Positions 1-11,905 of a stretch of DNA of 64,000 nt are shown piece by piece. Origin of the DNA: Geosiphon pyriformis uo1 (taxonomy: Eukaryota; Fungi; Glomeromycota); contig JAAOMT010000269.1 in the NCBI GenBank assembly GCA_016748015.1, forward strand, positions 29,592 through 93,591. Direction: 5' to 3'. The translations under genes and the position numbers were made by a program. The first letter of the stretch is position 1. Every line of letters starts with the position of its first letter. Below the pieces are notes generated by a model. The model had not been told where the DNA came from. It was given only the letters and a program-made list of their open reading frames with translations, and made no database searches.

Positions 1-255
1 GATTCATTGGCTATTGGAGCTCCAGAATATAAATCGGGGGAAGACTTTTGTAGCGCTGCAGGAGATATATGGATGGTTGGAAATCTTTTCAAACATGCTA
101 TAATTTACGACCATATTTCACTTTCTTCATCCGCTCAACAGTTTAGGGAAAAATTGATGAACAAAAATTCTAATAGTCGACCGACTGCAAATAATGCTCT
201 AAAAGATGAATGGTTTAATTTGCCAGAGGAGCAATTATCTATAATGCAAGCTTAG
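1..255 (+). CDS. Protein kinase C-lobe, 3' end of a gene that begins before the window
   Basis: GAPE (subdomain VIII), GDIWMVG (IX) and RPTANNALKDEWF (XI) motifs; TAG at 253-255. Confidence 0.75.
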   Translation, partial: DSLAIGAPEYKSGEDFCSAAGDIWMVGNLFKHAIIYDHISLSSSAQQFREKLMNKNSNSRPTANNALKDEWFNLPEEQLSIMQA

Positions 256-829
256 ATTTTTAAATGTACTGATGTACAATTATGTTATACAAGTTTTATT
301 ATTTGCTTAAATCAATCTTAATTTTTAAATTTGTCTTTGTTTTTTTATATTTTCGGAATTAAAAAAGTATTTTATTTTTTTAGCTGTTAATGACTGTATT
401 TTTTATTTCAGATTTTTTAAATAATACATTATTTGTTGTATAAAAAATATGTGATGCTTATTTTAATTTGTAATAATATTTAAGTTTAAAATATTAATAT
501 TAACAATTTTATAAAAAAACAAAATTTGATTATGTTTTGTTTGTATGTAACCAGTTATTTAAATTAGTTAATATTATATATTTTGGTTAATTTATTATAT
601 ATATTACTAAAAAAAAATTTATATTATTAATTAAACTTAAATAATTAAAAATTGCAATTTTTTTCTTTAATTTAATATTATTAAACTTGTTATTTTTGGT
701 ATAATCAAATTTATAAAATAAATTATGTTTACTTTAAAAACTTTTTTTTGTATATAATATTATTTAAATAGAAAAATAACAAAATAACAAAATTAATTAA
801 TTTTTTATTTTTATGTTTAATAAGTACAG

Positions 830-1979
830 TCTAATCACTATTTAATATACAAAAACAAACTAAGTAAATCTAATTAAATATAATTCATATGTTTACTATA
901 TGTAATTAGTTACTTGAACCAATTAAAACAATACTATGTACTTATATAAATCTCTATACTATTAATAAAACTTAAGAAAAATAAACAAACTTTGTACAAT
1001 TTAAAATTAACAGTAAAAGACTTAATAATATCAAGCAAATAAACAACTTTAATTAGCAAAACACTAAACAAATTTCAAAACCAACAGTTATTATATTTAT
1101 ATTATCAATCAGGTTACTTTTTTTTATATTTGCTCTAAACTTTAATCTAAACAACTATAACTTACTACAATACTTTTTGACCAATAATAAACAAAATCAA
1201 CTACTACTAAAACAGTTTTCTTTTTATTACCAAAAATTACTATTTTATTGAGCAAAAGAATCCTTATTATTTCAGCCAAAAAATTGTTTACTGGGCTAAC
1301 ACAAAGTTTAACTAAAAACTGCATAGATTCAAAAAAACCCATCTCAAAATTTACAAATCCAAAAACCTATGTTTAAACAAATGTCCAAGAATACTAAAAG
1401 TATTAAAAAATACAACCAATAAAACTAACTTTTCTTCAGCCTAAACATGTTTAAAAGGCTTTAAATTATACAGAAATGGGTGATACAGAGCTTTATTAAG
1501 AAAGTCTCTTGGCAAATTAGCCTTTAACTTAAGACTTTTCTTGATTATAGTATCCTATTTATAACATATATTGAGTAAAACAAAACTAAACTGTGACCAA
1601 TAGCCAATAATATGCTACAAAACAGCTAATATCAAATATGAGAACTGCTTATTTGTAATGCCTTTTTTAACATTATATTGGAGAAAAACCTAACATTAGA
1701 GTAAGTTTTGGCCAAACTAAGCTTGAACAGACTATTAGTTAACAAAAAAAATTTCAAATATTTATATAGCTTCTTACTTTTGGCAATTGAGATTGGCGAA
1801 TCACTGATTTTCAAAACAGCATGTTTGACTTTGTAATTAATAAAAATAGCCATGGTTTTATTATTGTTAATTGAAATATTATTTATCAAAAAAAATTTAC
1901 TGGCAATGTCCAATATATACTATGTAGATATCTGACCATTCCTAATTTAGATGATATTGTTGATGAAAGTTCTAGACAC
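830..1979 (-). mobile_element. Degenerate LINE copy 1, 3' part (end of RT and C-terminus; RNase H region deleted)
   Basis: Decayed 'FVDD' RT motif (RTFINNII) next to 1979, then 'DIASKFFLINNISINNNKT...KYLKFFL', homologous to 31300-31560 in LINE copy 2. The 3' end resembles 29090-29200. Outer boundary is approximate. Confidence 0.75.
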
Positions 1980-2961
1980 TGTTACTGAAGATTTTTGGTC
2001 TCTTTTTTTGAATGTTATTAATGTCTGTTTGTTGTAAATTCACGTTTTCTAGAAGTAGTTAAACCTCCAATAACTGAATTTATCTTCAAATTATCTCCTA
2101 TAATTTAAACTGCTGGGCTTATAAGTGGAATAGCCAATTTCTTGCCAGTTGCTTTATGTAGTTACATTGTAGTAAACGTCAACTCTTTCCCAGGAATTGC
2201 TCGTCTAGAAGCTCACTAAAAATGTGTAGTTACTTTGCTGTGAAAGTCAACTCTTCTACAGGAATCTTGTCTGTAGGCTACCCTAATAATTATGATAAGA
2301 AAAGAAAAAAAAATAAAAGAAATGTAAAAGAAATAGAATTTTATTAAGGAAAACGTTTTTTATTCAAGTCTGGAATCACTAACAGTTTATTGAAATTGGT
2401 AGCTAATCAATTTCAAAACGTTAGTTGTGTTGAGGGAATTTCAAGTATAATAATTTGAGGATTTGGTTTTCGAATTTTTAATTTTTATTTAATTTTGTAA
2501 AAGGTGATTTGTTTCAATTAAGATATCTAAAGTAAGATACTATGTTAAGATACCATGAGAAGATATGGGAAGGATACATTTTCTTGAAAAGAAAAGCTCT
2601 TCTTTTATACAACTTGTTGTAGTACTAATCTTTGAACTTGCACTTTTCTCTTTGCTACAATTTGGGTGAATTAAAGATACATTTCAGCAAATTTACAAGT
2701 TATTTCACTGAACTATTGATTATTTCGGCAAATTTTCATTAAAATCGGCGAATTTTGATTATGTTAAATGGTTTAGGGTATTGTGTAATTTGATCATCTT
2801 AATTTTTAGAGTACAAATCGAATTATTGATTGAGTAATAATATTTGATAATTTGATTAAATAATAAGTGATAATCGAAATAATAATAATGTATGTTAACT
2901 AATAATAGGAATTATAAGAGTAATTTCATGCTAATTAATAGCTAAAATTCTACTGGTAACA
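1980..2961 (-). repeat. 3' LTR of the 1980-11905 element
   Basis: Direct repeat of 10924-11905; TG...CA ends with a 6-bp terminal inverted repeat. Confidence 0.97.
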
Positions 2962-3646
2962 TAATCTCCTCCTCAAAACTGAGCTCCATCAAAGTCCAAG
3001 CACTATCTGTAATGTTAAGATAGTGGTCCAAAATAATTGAAGTGATCTGGCCTAAGAATTGTTGAAATTTCAGTTCTGTGAGCTTTCCAATGTATTGAAT
3101 CTTCATTGGATGGAGTATTGAATTTTGTAGAATGTTTTCACAAGTGTTAAATAAATCATAGAGTCTAAATGCTGTTCTAAGTTTGTAGTAAGTGTTTGTT
3201 AATCCAGCTGTTATCTTAAATTCATTGTAAATTTGTTTTTGTATAGTCTCAGGAGTAATGTTGATTGCTTTAAGTTCTAGTTTTCATTCATAAAGTGTTT
3301 TTCCAATATGAAAATATCTATATATAAGGGTATGTTCATTGTTCTGTTCATTGAAGAATAGTAGAAGTTTTTGTTGCATTGTGGCATTTGGTGAAATGTC
3401 AATAGGGGCAATTAAAAGGTTTTCTTTTAGTGCTTGCTTCAAAAGTTCTGGTAACCTATTTTCAAAGTGATCTCTTGTTTATTTTCTATAAGGAATGTTC
3501 TGAGAATTATTTACTATTGGGGCTGTAGTTTCTTTCTGGATGTAATTAATTTAATCTCCATTAATTGTTATAGATAAGTCAAGAAGTGTTTTCAAAGCTA
3601 ACATTAATTTTTGGGATATTTGTTGAATATTTCGGGGAATAATCAT
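2942..3646 (-). pseudogene. Extra ORF (ORF3) downstream of integrase, function unknown
   Basis: One frame from ATG 3646 to TAG 2942 (235 codons) with three internal stops (TAA, TAA, TGA), each one C-to-T step from CAA/CGA. It runs through the polypurine tract into the LTR. Confidence 0.7.
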
Positions 3647-3849
3647 AATAAAAATGACTAATTAATAACAAAGTTTGAAAAAAATAAAGAAAATTATTTT
3701 TGGGTATAGGGTTTTAATTTGTTTTTGGGTTTAAATGTTTCTTTGTAATTATTTACTATTTTTGATTTATGTTTTGTGAGTTATATAAAAATTATTGTAG
3801 AATTATGTTGAATTAAGTGTTCAAGTTTGGCTGTTGTTTTATTATAATT

Positions 3850-6700
3850 ATTGGTTCTAAATTTCGGGGAATATCTTTAGGATTAACTAAAGGGAAATGT
3901 GTACCAATTTGTGGAATTAATGGTTCAGAATTGTTTCTGGAATGATAGTGTTTCAATTTATCTTCATGTGCAACTTTTGCTAGTACTTTGTCATTGAGTC
4001 TTAACTTGTATAATCCATTGCCTAGAATTTTGTGAATATAAAATAGTCCATCCCATTTGTTTTCAAATTTTCTATTCCATTGTTTTTCAGCCTTAGTTCT
4101 GTGTAAGAAAACTTTATTTCCAACTTTAAATTCATTGGTTATGGGTGGTAATTTGTTGTCATGTCTTTCTTTTTGTTAAGCTTGGGAATGTTCAATATGA
4201 GTTGCTGTTATCCTTCTTTTTCTTTCCAGTGTATTAAGAAGAGTGTAGGCCCTTCTTTGGAGTGTTTCTTGAAAGTTTTTTTCATTAATTGGTTGCACTG
4301 AATATGTTTCTACTGTGAAATTAATTGGTAATGTTGCTGTTCTTCCATAAGTCAAGTCAAATAGTGTGTGTTTTATAGTATCTTTTTTTAGTGTTTTGTA
4401 TGCTAGTAACACTGATGGAATAAAGATATCTCATTCCTGCTCAAAATTTGTTGAGACTTTGGCTAAAGACTTACATAATGTTCTGTTAAAACGTTCTACA
4501 AGTCCATTTGTTTGAGAGTAGTAAGGTGATAATAGAGATCTTTTGACATTAAATTGTTTACAAATTTCTTGTATTAAGTTGTTCACAAAATGTGTTTCTT
4601 GATCAGATAAAAGTTCAATTGGGCATTCATGTCTACAAATAATGTCTTCATAGATAAAATTTGCTACTGATTTTGCATCTGTTTTTTGGATGGCTCTAGC
4701 TTCAGGCCATTTGGTAAAATAATCTACTACAACTGCAATATAATAATTTCCTTGAGTTGTGATAGGTAATGGTCCGACTAAATCAATTCCAACTCTGTCA
4801 AAAGATTGTTTAATTTTGATTGGATTTAAAGGTTTTGTGGGGCAAGTTCTTCCTTTTTTTTGACAACTATTACAAGATTCTACATATTGTCAAATGTCTT
4901 TTTGCATGTGAGGCCAAAAATAATGTTCAAGTGTTCTTTGAATTGTTCCATCTCTTCCCAAATGTGCTGAAGAAAGATCTGTGTACATGTTATATAGAAT
5001 TGTTTTTTTTTTCATTTTTTTGTATTAATCTGAGTGGTTGGTTTGGGTTTTTGCAATTTTTGAAATAGATTTTGTTGTGGTGTATGAAATATTGTTTTGA
5101 TTGATATTGTAAACAATGTTTTTCACTTGGAGACTAATTTTCTGGCATGGTAAGAGTCTCCAAATAGTTTTTAAAATTGTTGTAATTTCTAAGATCTATT
5201 GTTGTTTTATTGTTTTGCTGGTAGTAATATGTTGTAGTAGGGTTGTTGGTGGTGTTAATCTTGTCTTATTCTTGAGAGACTATTAATATTGGTGTGTAGT
5301 TTTCCTGGTTTGTGGTGTACAATGTATCTGTAGTCTGCTAGGAAATTATTTTATCGAGACTGTTTGGCACTTTGTTTAGTTTTCTTTTTATTGAGCTATT
5401 TGAGGCCAATATTGTCAGTTATAATGTCAAATTTTTTTCTATTCTTTAGGTATTGTTGAAAGTTTTTGAAAGCTCAGATGACTGCAGCTGCTTCTAATTC
5501 AGTTGAGCCATATTTGAGTTCTGTTGGTTTGAGTGTTTTACTAGCATAAGCAATGACTTGTTCCTGGCCATTTTTATCTAATTGTGATAAAATAGCACTA
5601 AATGCTATGTGTGAAGCATTAGTGGCTAGTTAGAACCATTTGTTGAAGTCTGGATAAGCAAGAACTGGAGCTGTTGTCAATTTTGTTTTGAGAGTTTCAA
5701 AAGCATTTTGTTGTTCTTCCGTCCATTTGTATAATACATTTTTGTTGGTAAGATAATTAAGTGGTTTGGCAATTTCTGAAAATCTTTTAATGAATTTTCA
5801 ATAATAGGAGACTAATCCTATAAATTCTTGTAGTTTTGTGGTATTTTTGGGAGTTTGAAAGTTTTTGACAATACTAATTGTTCCAGGATTTGGTTTGACT
5901 TCATTTTTGCTAACTATATGTCCAAGAAAGATTAAGCTTGTTTTTCCAAAGTAATATTTCTCAATGTTCAACTTTAATCCTGCTTTTCATAATTGTTGAA
6001 AAACTTCTTGCAGATGAATAAGGTGGGCTTCAAAGCTTGGTGAGTATACATCAGTGTCATCAAGATAGACAACCACTGATTGCCACAAGAACCCTTTATA
6101 TACAACATTCATGAGTTGTTGGAATGTTGCAGGTGCATTGCAGAGTCTGAAAAGCATAACATTGAACTCATAGTTTCCTTCTTGAGTGGTAAATGCTGTT
6201 TTGGGTCTATCTTTTGGGTCTATTTTGACTTGTCAGTATCTACTTTCCAAGTCTAAAGTTGAAAAGAACTTGGCTTTTCCTAGAGCATCTAGCATGTCAT
6301 CAATTCTTAGAAGAGGATAGGCATCTCTAATTGTAATACTATTTAATTGTTTATAATCAATACAGAATCTGATTTTTCCGTTTTTCTTTTTAACTAAAAC
6401 TACTGGTAAGGCCCAAGAACTTCTTAATGATTGAATCAATCCGTTGTTGAGCATTCTTTGGACCTCTTCTTTAATGAATTGGTGGTTGGCAGGTGGCACT
6501 CGATAAGCTTGTTGTCTTTTTGGTAGAGCATTTCCTGTGTAGATCTGATGTTGAACAATATCAGTTTTTCCAAAGTTATTGTTGTCTTTTGCAAAGATAT
6601 TTGCAAATTTAGCTATTAGCTGTTTCAATTGTCTTTGTTGTTAGAGTTCTAAGAGACCCATATTGATTCGAAAGAGTTTTTTTTCCAAAAAATTGTAGTT
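3850..6700 (-). pseudogene. pol RT / RNase H / integrase of the Gypsy element (disrupted)
   Basis: RT: LVKKKNGKIRFCIDY, DAYPLLRIDD, YLDD at ~6057-6068. RNase H: T(N)AS. Integrase: H-H-C-C zinc region, 'GIDLVGPLP', 'SDQETHF', 'TNGLVERFNRTL', GPY/F-like 'WDGLFYI'. Several in-frame stops. Confidence 0.93.
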
Positions 6701-7039
6701 TTCAGTGGTAAGAATGATGTTTGGATTTGGAAGTAGAGTATGTCTTATAATTTCAATGAAATTAAAGACAATTTAAGGGTTTTCATTTTGGAAAATATTG
6801 CTGTGTATGATTCCAATTTCTAATTTATTTAATAAACCAATAGAGTAATTGTTGGGGTTGTAGAATGTAACTTGAAATTTTTTTATTCCTTTAGGAATAT
6901 AAACGTTTGGAATTAAGATTTCATGCTTCAAACAGATTTGTTCATTAGATTCAAAGATTTGTTGGGTAGTGGTGGGTTTTGAGCAAGTGTAAATTTCGTG
7001 ATGTTCTCCAAAAGGTGAAATGATAATTGGTTGAGGAAG

Positions 7040-7540
7040 TTAAAAAATCTGGTTGGATTTATTCTGTGTATTAAGAGCTATGTTTACTGGCACTGTAAAT
7101 CGTCCAGTTGAACCAAAATCTTGAGTTTTTTTTTCACTTTTTCCCAATTGTTCTCTGTTCTTAACTGATTGTAAACCTGAAATGTTGATTAGGAGTAGGT
7201 AAATTGCTTGGGCAATTTTTTTAGCATGTTCAATCTTGAATGGTTTGTCTGTTTTATTCTGCAACATGATAGTAATGTCTTCAGTATATCCTGCATCTAT
7301 AATTCTTTCTTTGACATTAATTTCTTTGCTTGCCAATAATAATCTGGATGCAATTTGAACCATTGCTCCAGGTAGAATTTCAAGAGCAATTTTGAGATTG
7401 ATTTTTGTCAAGGACTTTAGTTGAAGAACCAAAGTATCTTTTTCTGGATATCTTAGATCATATCCAGCATCAATTTTGTGTGTTTTTTCTGGTCTGATTC
7501 CTTGGTCATGATTGTTGAAATATTTAAGTTGTAAAAGTGG
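7040..7540 (-). pseudogene. dUTPase domain within the Gypsy polyprotein
   Basis: Trimeric dUTPase motifs in order: AGYDL, SRLLL (decayed RSSL), IIDAGYTE, IAQAI, DFGSTG. Confidence 0.88.
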
Positions 7541-8499
7541 TTGCTTTTCAAGAAAATAGATGGGGGTGGCTAGTAGTTTTTTTACTAATTTAGATACTCC
7601 AAATTCGATTTCATTTTCATCATTCTCATCTGGCAGAGGAATGCTAAGAGCATAGTATTCTGAACACTATTTATTATCACAAGACATGATGCATTCTTCA
7701 TACAATTAAATGTTCATTTACTCTAATCGTTGAATTTGAACTTCTTGGGTTGGATAAGTGTGATTTGCAATTTGGTGGTAGGTTTCTACTTCATCTTTAT
7801 AATCAAATCCAGCTAATTTTATGGTATACTCAATGTATTTAGCTTCTTTCATTTGGCGGACATCTTTTTGTGTGGCTCTATTGATTAATGCTATTGCTAA
7901 GTCAAAAATTATTTCAGCATTATGAGGGTAGTGGTAGAGTTTATTGAAAGCACTGTTGTATGTTGCATCAAATAGTGTTCCTCTTCTGACTTTTTCCGAA
8001 ATTGATAGAGCATATTGACAGGTTTGATCACATACTTTTCCTTTTATTGCAACATTAATCCAGTTATATTTTTCTGGTAGTATAGCTCCACATGTAAAAC
8101 AAAGTGTTTTGTCCCATTTCTCACTTCTTTTGGAATATCCAAATCGTTTTCTATGGCATGCTTTGCAAAAGTAGCAGGTATGAGTTTTATATTCCTCTTC
8201 TGGAGAAATATATGCTCCTATTGATAAAAGTTTCTTGTTGCAATCTTTGCATTTGAGTGGAATATAAGGTGGTTGTTTCCATAGTTCTGGTATAGAATAT
8301 CTAACTTTTTTCCATTCTCTTAATTCTTCAAAAATCTCCTGTTCTGTTTTTTCAGCCCAATTAGATGTTGATCTAAGAGCCATGTAGGTTTCAGTAAGTG
8401 GCATTTCTTTCTCTTTTTCAAATTCAAATATTGAGGCTTTTTCTGATTATTTGTTAAAAGTACCACAAGTAGCAGGTACTATAGTGTATTGTCCTTGAT

Positions 8500-8830
8500 A
8501 TGAGATTTTTAGTTCCTAAGTTTCCCAATCTAAGTTTGCATTGGCCTTAAAAAGCCAATCATTTCCAACCAAAGCTTGGTATTGGGGTGCATCCATAATT
8601 AGAACTTTGACTGGAATAGTGATTCCATCAATGGTGAATGGAAAATTGTTGATTTCTTCTACTGGTGTCTTTTTTATACTATCTGCTGTAACAATTATAG
8701 TTTGGGCTGGTCTGTCAACAGTTCTTTGAAGCTGTTGCATTAACTGGTAGGTGATAATACTTCCAGCTGATCTACTGTTTAGGATTAATTAAATGGGCTT
8801 TCCTTTTACAGTAGCTTCAGTATACATAGC
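8500..8830 (-). pseudogene. Retropepsin (aspartic protease) of the Gypsy element
   Basis: LILNSRSAGSII (decayed D-S-G active site) and C-terminal 'ALVGNDWL' (ILGxDW-like). Confidence 0.8.
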
Positions 8831-8879
8831 AGTGATAGCTTTTTGCTCATTGATTGCTGTATTGCTAAGCAAAAATGGT

Positions 8880-10880
8880 GATTTATTTGCTTCAAATTCG
8901 AATGGAAAAATATCTGAGAGGTTGGCATTTTGAGCAATTTGGGCTGGTGAAATGGTGTTATTGGAAGGATTTGATCTTGGTGCTACAACTTTATCTTCAG
9001 AAAGTACAGTTTATTGAAAATTCGATCCTTCAGACATTGTAAGATAGCTGGGTTGAGTGTGATAATGATTTGGTCTTTGTGAACCAGAATTTTGGGGAAC
9101 CAACTGGTTATTTGGGTTGATTTTGTTGTTGTTGTTCTGAAATTAATTTTGAGATGTGAATTGGTTATGTTGAACCAATCTTCTGGCTGGTACTTGATAT
9201 TGTTGAGTGGGTGGTATTTGATATTGCTGAATTGGTAAAGGTTGTTGATATTGTTGCTGAATTGGTTGTGGAGCTGGTTGATAGTAACTGTTTTGATATT
9301 GTGGTCTTGGTGAATAATAGGTTGGTGGTGGAGGTTGATAATAAGATTGTTGTGGTGAAGAGTAATGTTGATTACTCCTGTTCTGTTGGTCTCTTTGCAA
9401 TTTTCTGCAATCTCATTTCCAATGTCCTGGAATTTCACAATAATGACAATTTTGAGATTGGTTGTTGGATGGTGATCCAAAATTGTTTTGATTGCATCAT
9501 TGTGGTGGTTGATATCTTTGTGGTTGCTGCTGTTGTTGTTGTTGATTTGTAAAGTAGCTTTCAATCTTCTTTGTGAGTTGGTCTATCTTCTTTTCAACTG
9601 TTGAGCTGGTTTTTCCAATAGCTAGGTTGACAAGTTTGGTGTGGTTTGCTTCTTCTATAGCCATTTCATAGTTCTTTGTATGTCTAATAGCAGTTGCTAA
9701 GTCTGCTGGTGCATGTGGGCGAACTTTTTTAATGAGTTTGTCTTTTAATCCAGCTATGAATTGATTCAGAATCTGGGCATCAGAATAGTAATCATTGGTT
9801 TTCAATTGTTGAATTCATCAAAGAAGTTAGTTAAATCTCCTAAGATAAGTCATAATAGTCTCAGATGTTTCTTGTTTAATATTGCAAAAGCAATTGTGAA
9901 GAGTGATAGAAATGTTGTTGTCAGTAAATTGTTGTAGGAAAGCATTTTTGAATGCTTGCCAAGTTCCAAAGAGTTCTTCTAAATTTTCAAATCATTCTTC
10001 TGCAGTTCTTTAGAGAAAGTATAGAATTGCTTTGAGCATTCTTGCTGCATTCCAACTGTTTGCATCTCCTGCTTTTTGAATCTTGTTAAGCCATTCTTGA
10101 AAACTAGTATCATTATCTTCACCAGTAAATTTTAGAATCTTTGCAATATAAGCAGTTGCCATTTCTTCTTCATTTTCTATAGTTTTTCTTGTTCTGATTC
10201 AGTTTCTTCACTTTCTAGACTCTCTAAATAATTACTTTTGTTTTCCTGTAAGTAATCAATGATATTGGCACTTGTTGATATTGGTTCTTGCTGTTGAGTA
10301 GGATTTCTAGGTGACTGAAAATCTTCTGGTCTGGAGAAACAGTTAAGTAGTAAACTTGGTGTTTGTGGTTGAACAAGTAAAATTGGAAATGGTGTAATAG
10401 AAAGTGGTAATTTGACACTGGTTCCTTGTTCTGGTGTTTGCAAGTGTTTGACAGTTGTTTTTTGTAGTATTGGAGTGTTTGGAGTGGTTTTTGAGTATTG
10501 CTTCAATTTTTGTTTGCCTTTGTTGTTTGTTTCTGTCTCTGATTCAAAGTCAATAGAGTATTAAGACTGTACTGGGTATTTTTCTTCACAATACTCAATA
10601 ATGTTAAAATTAAGTTTTTGGAAGTAGGTAGCAAGTGTTTCACTATTTAGGTCTTCTGTTCCCAATCGTGAATAGTGTACTAAATTATTGTAGAGGTTGT
10701 TTCTAACTTCTGAAATGTTGTAGTTTCCAAAAAGATAATTGTTGATGTGGTTTTCAATGTATTGGTATACTGATTTCTTGACAACTTTAATTCCGTCTGG
10801 GATGTTGAATCTTTGCTTGCAGTGGGTGTAAATAGACTGGTAATACTCTAAAATTGTTGTGTCTGGTGTGGTTGTCACTT
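8880..10880 (-). pseudogene. gag region (long N-terminal extension, capsid-like domain, CCHC knuckle, Gln/Pro-rich tail)
   Basis: 'ILKFTGEDND...EWL', 'QFIAGLKDKL' and CHYCEIPGHWK*DC (CX2CX4HX4C) at ~9410-9450. Confidence 0.85.
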
Positions 10881-10907
10881 TGAATGTGTTGTTGCTGTAT
10901 TATTTCT

Positions 10908-10923
10908 GTGGGAGAGCACCAAA
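10908..10923 (-). promoter_or_regulatory. Primer-binding-site-like sequence
   Basis: TTTGGTGCTCTCCCAC immediately inside the 5' LTR; complementary to a tRNA 3' end ...GAGAGCACCA. The tRNA is not identified. Confidence 0.75.
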
Positions 10924-11905
10924 TGTTACTGAAAGTTTTTGGTCTCTTTTTTTGAATGTTGTTAATGTCTGTTTGTTGTAAATTCACATTTTTTAGAAGT
11001 AGTTGAATCTTCAATAACTGAATTTATCTTCAAATTATCTCCTATAATTTGAACTACTGGGCTTATAAGTGGAATGGCCAATTCCTTGCCAGTTGTTTTA
11101 TGTAGTTACATTGTAGTAAATGTCAATTCTTTCCCAGGAATTGCTTGTCTAGAAGCTCACTAAAAATGTGTAGTTACTTTGCTGTGAAAGTCAACTCTTC
11201 TACAGGAATTTCATTTGTAGGCTACCTTAATGATTATGATAAGAAAAAAAAGAAAAATAAAAGAAATGTAAAAGAAATAAAATTTTATTAAGGAAAACGT
11301 TTTCTATCCAGGCCTGGAGTCACTAACAGTTTATTGAAATTGGTAGCTAATCAATTTCAAAACGTTAGTTGTGTTGAGAGAATTTCAAGTATAATAATTT
11401 GAGGATTTGGTTTTCGAATTTTTAATTTTTATTTAATTTTGTAAAAGGTGATTTGTTTCAATTAAGATATCTAAAGTAAGATACTATGTTAAGATACCAT
11501 GAGAAAATATGGGAAGGATACATTTTCTTGAAAAAAAAAGCTTTTCTTTTATACAACTTGTTGTAGTACTAGTCTTTGAACTTGCACTTTTCTCTTTGCT
11601 ACAATTTGGGTGAACTAAAGATACATTCCAGTGAATTTACAAGTTATTTCACTGAACTATTGATTATTTCGGCAAATTTTCATTAATTTCGGCGAATTTT
11701 GACTATGTTAAATGGTTCAAAGTATTGTGTAATTTGATTATCTTAATTTTTAGAGCACAAATCAGATTATTGATTAAGTAATGATATTTGATAATTTGAT
11801 TAAATAATAAGTAATAATCGAAATAATAATAATGTATATTAACTAATAATAGGAATTATAAGGGTAATTTCATGCTAATTAATAGCTAAAATTCTACTGG
11901 TAACA
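10924..11905 (-). repeat. 5' LTR of the 1980-11905 element
   Basis: Direct repeat of 1980-2961. Confidence 0.97.

Larger units (their letters stand above)
1980..11905 (-). mobile_element. Full-length, stop-riddled Ty3/Gypsy LTR retrotransposon (gag-PR-dUTPase-RT-RNaseH-IN plus ORF3)
   Basis: Two 982-bp LTRs with TGTTAC...GTAACA termini. 4-bp TSD ACAC (1976-1979 and 11906-11909). PBS-like TGGTGCTCTCCCAC after the 5' LTR; polypurine tract GAGGAGGAGA before the 3' LTR. Gypsy domain order (RT-RH-IN). Confidence 0.97.

Noticed and set aside
8983-9564. Overlapping Asn/His/Ile-rich and Val-rich ORFs
   Set aside because: Alternative-frame and antisense shadows of the CAA-rich gag tail.
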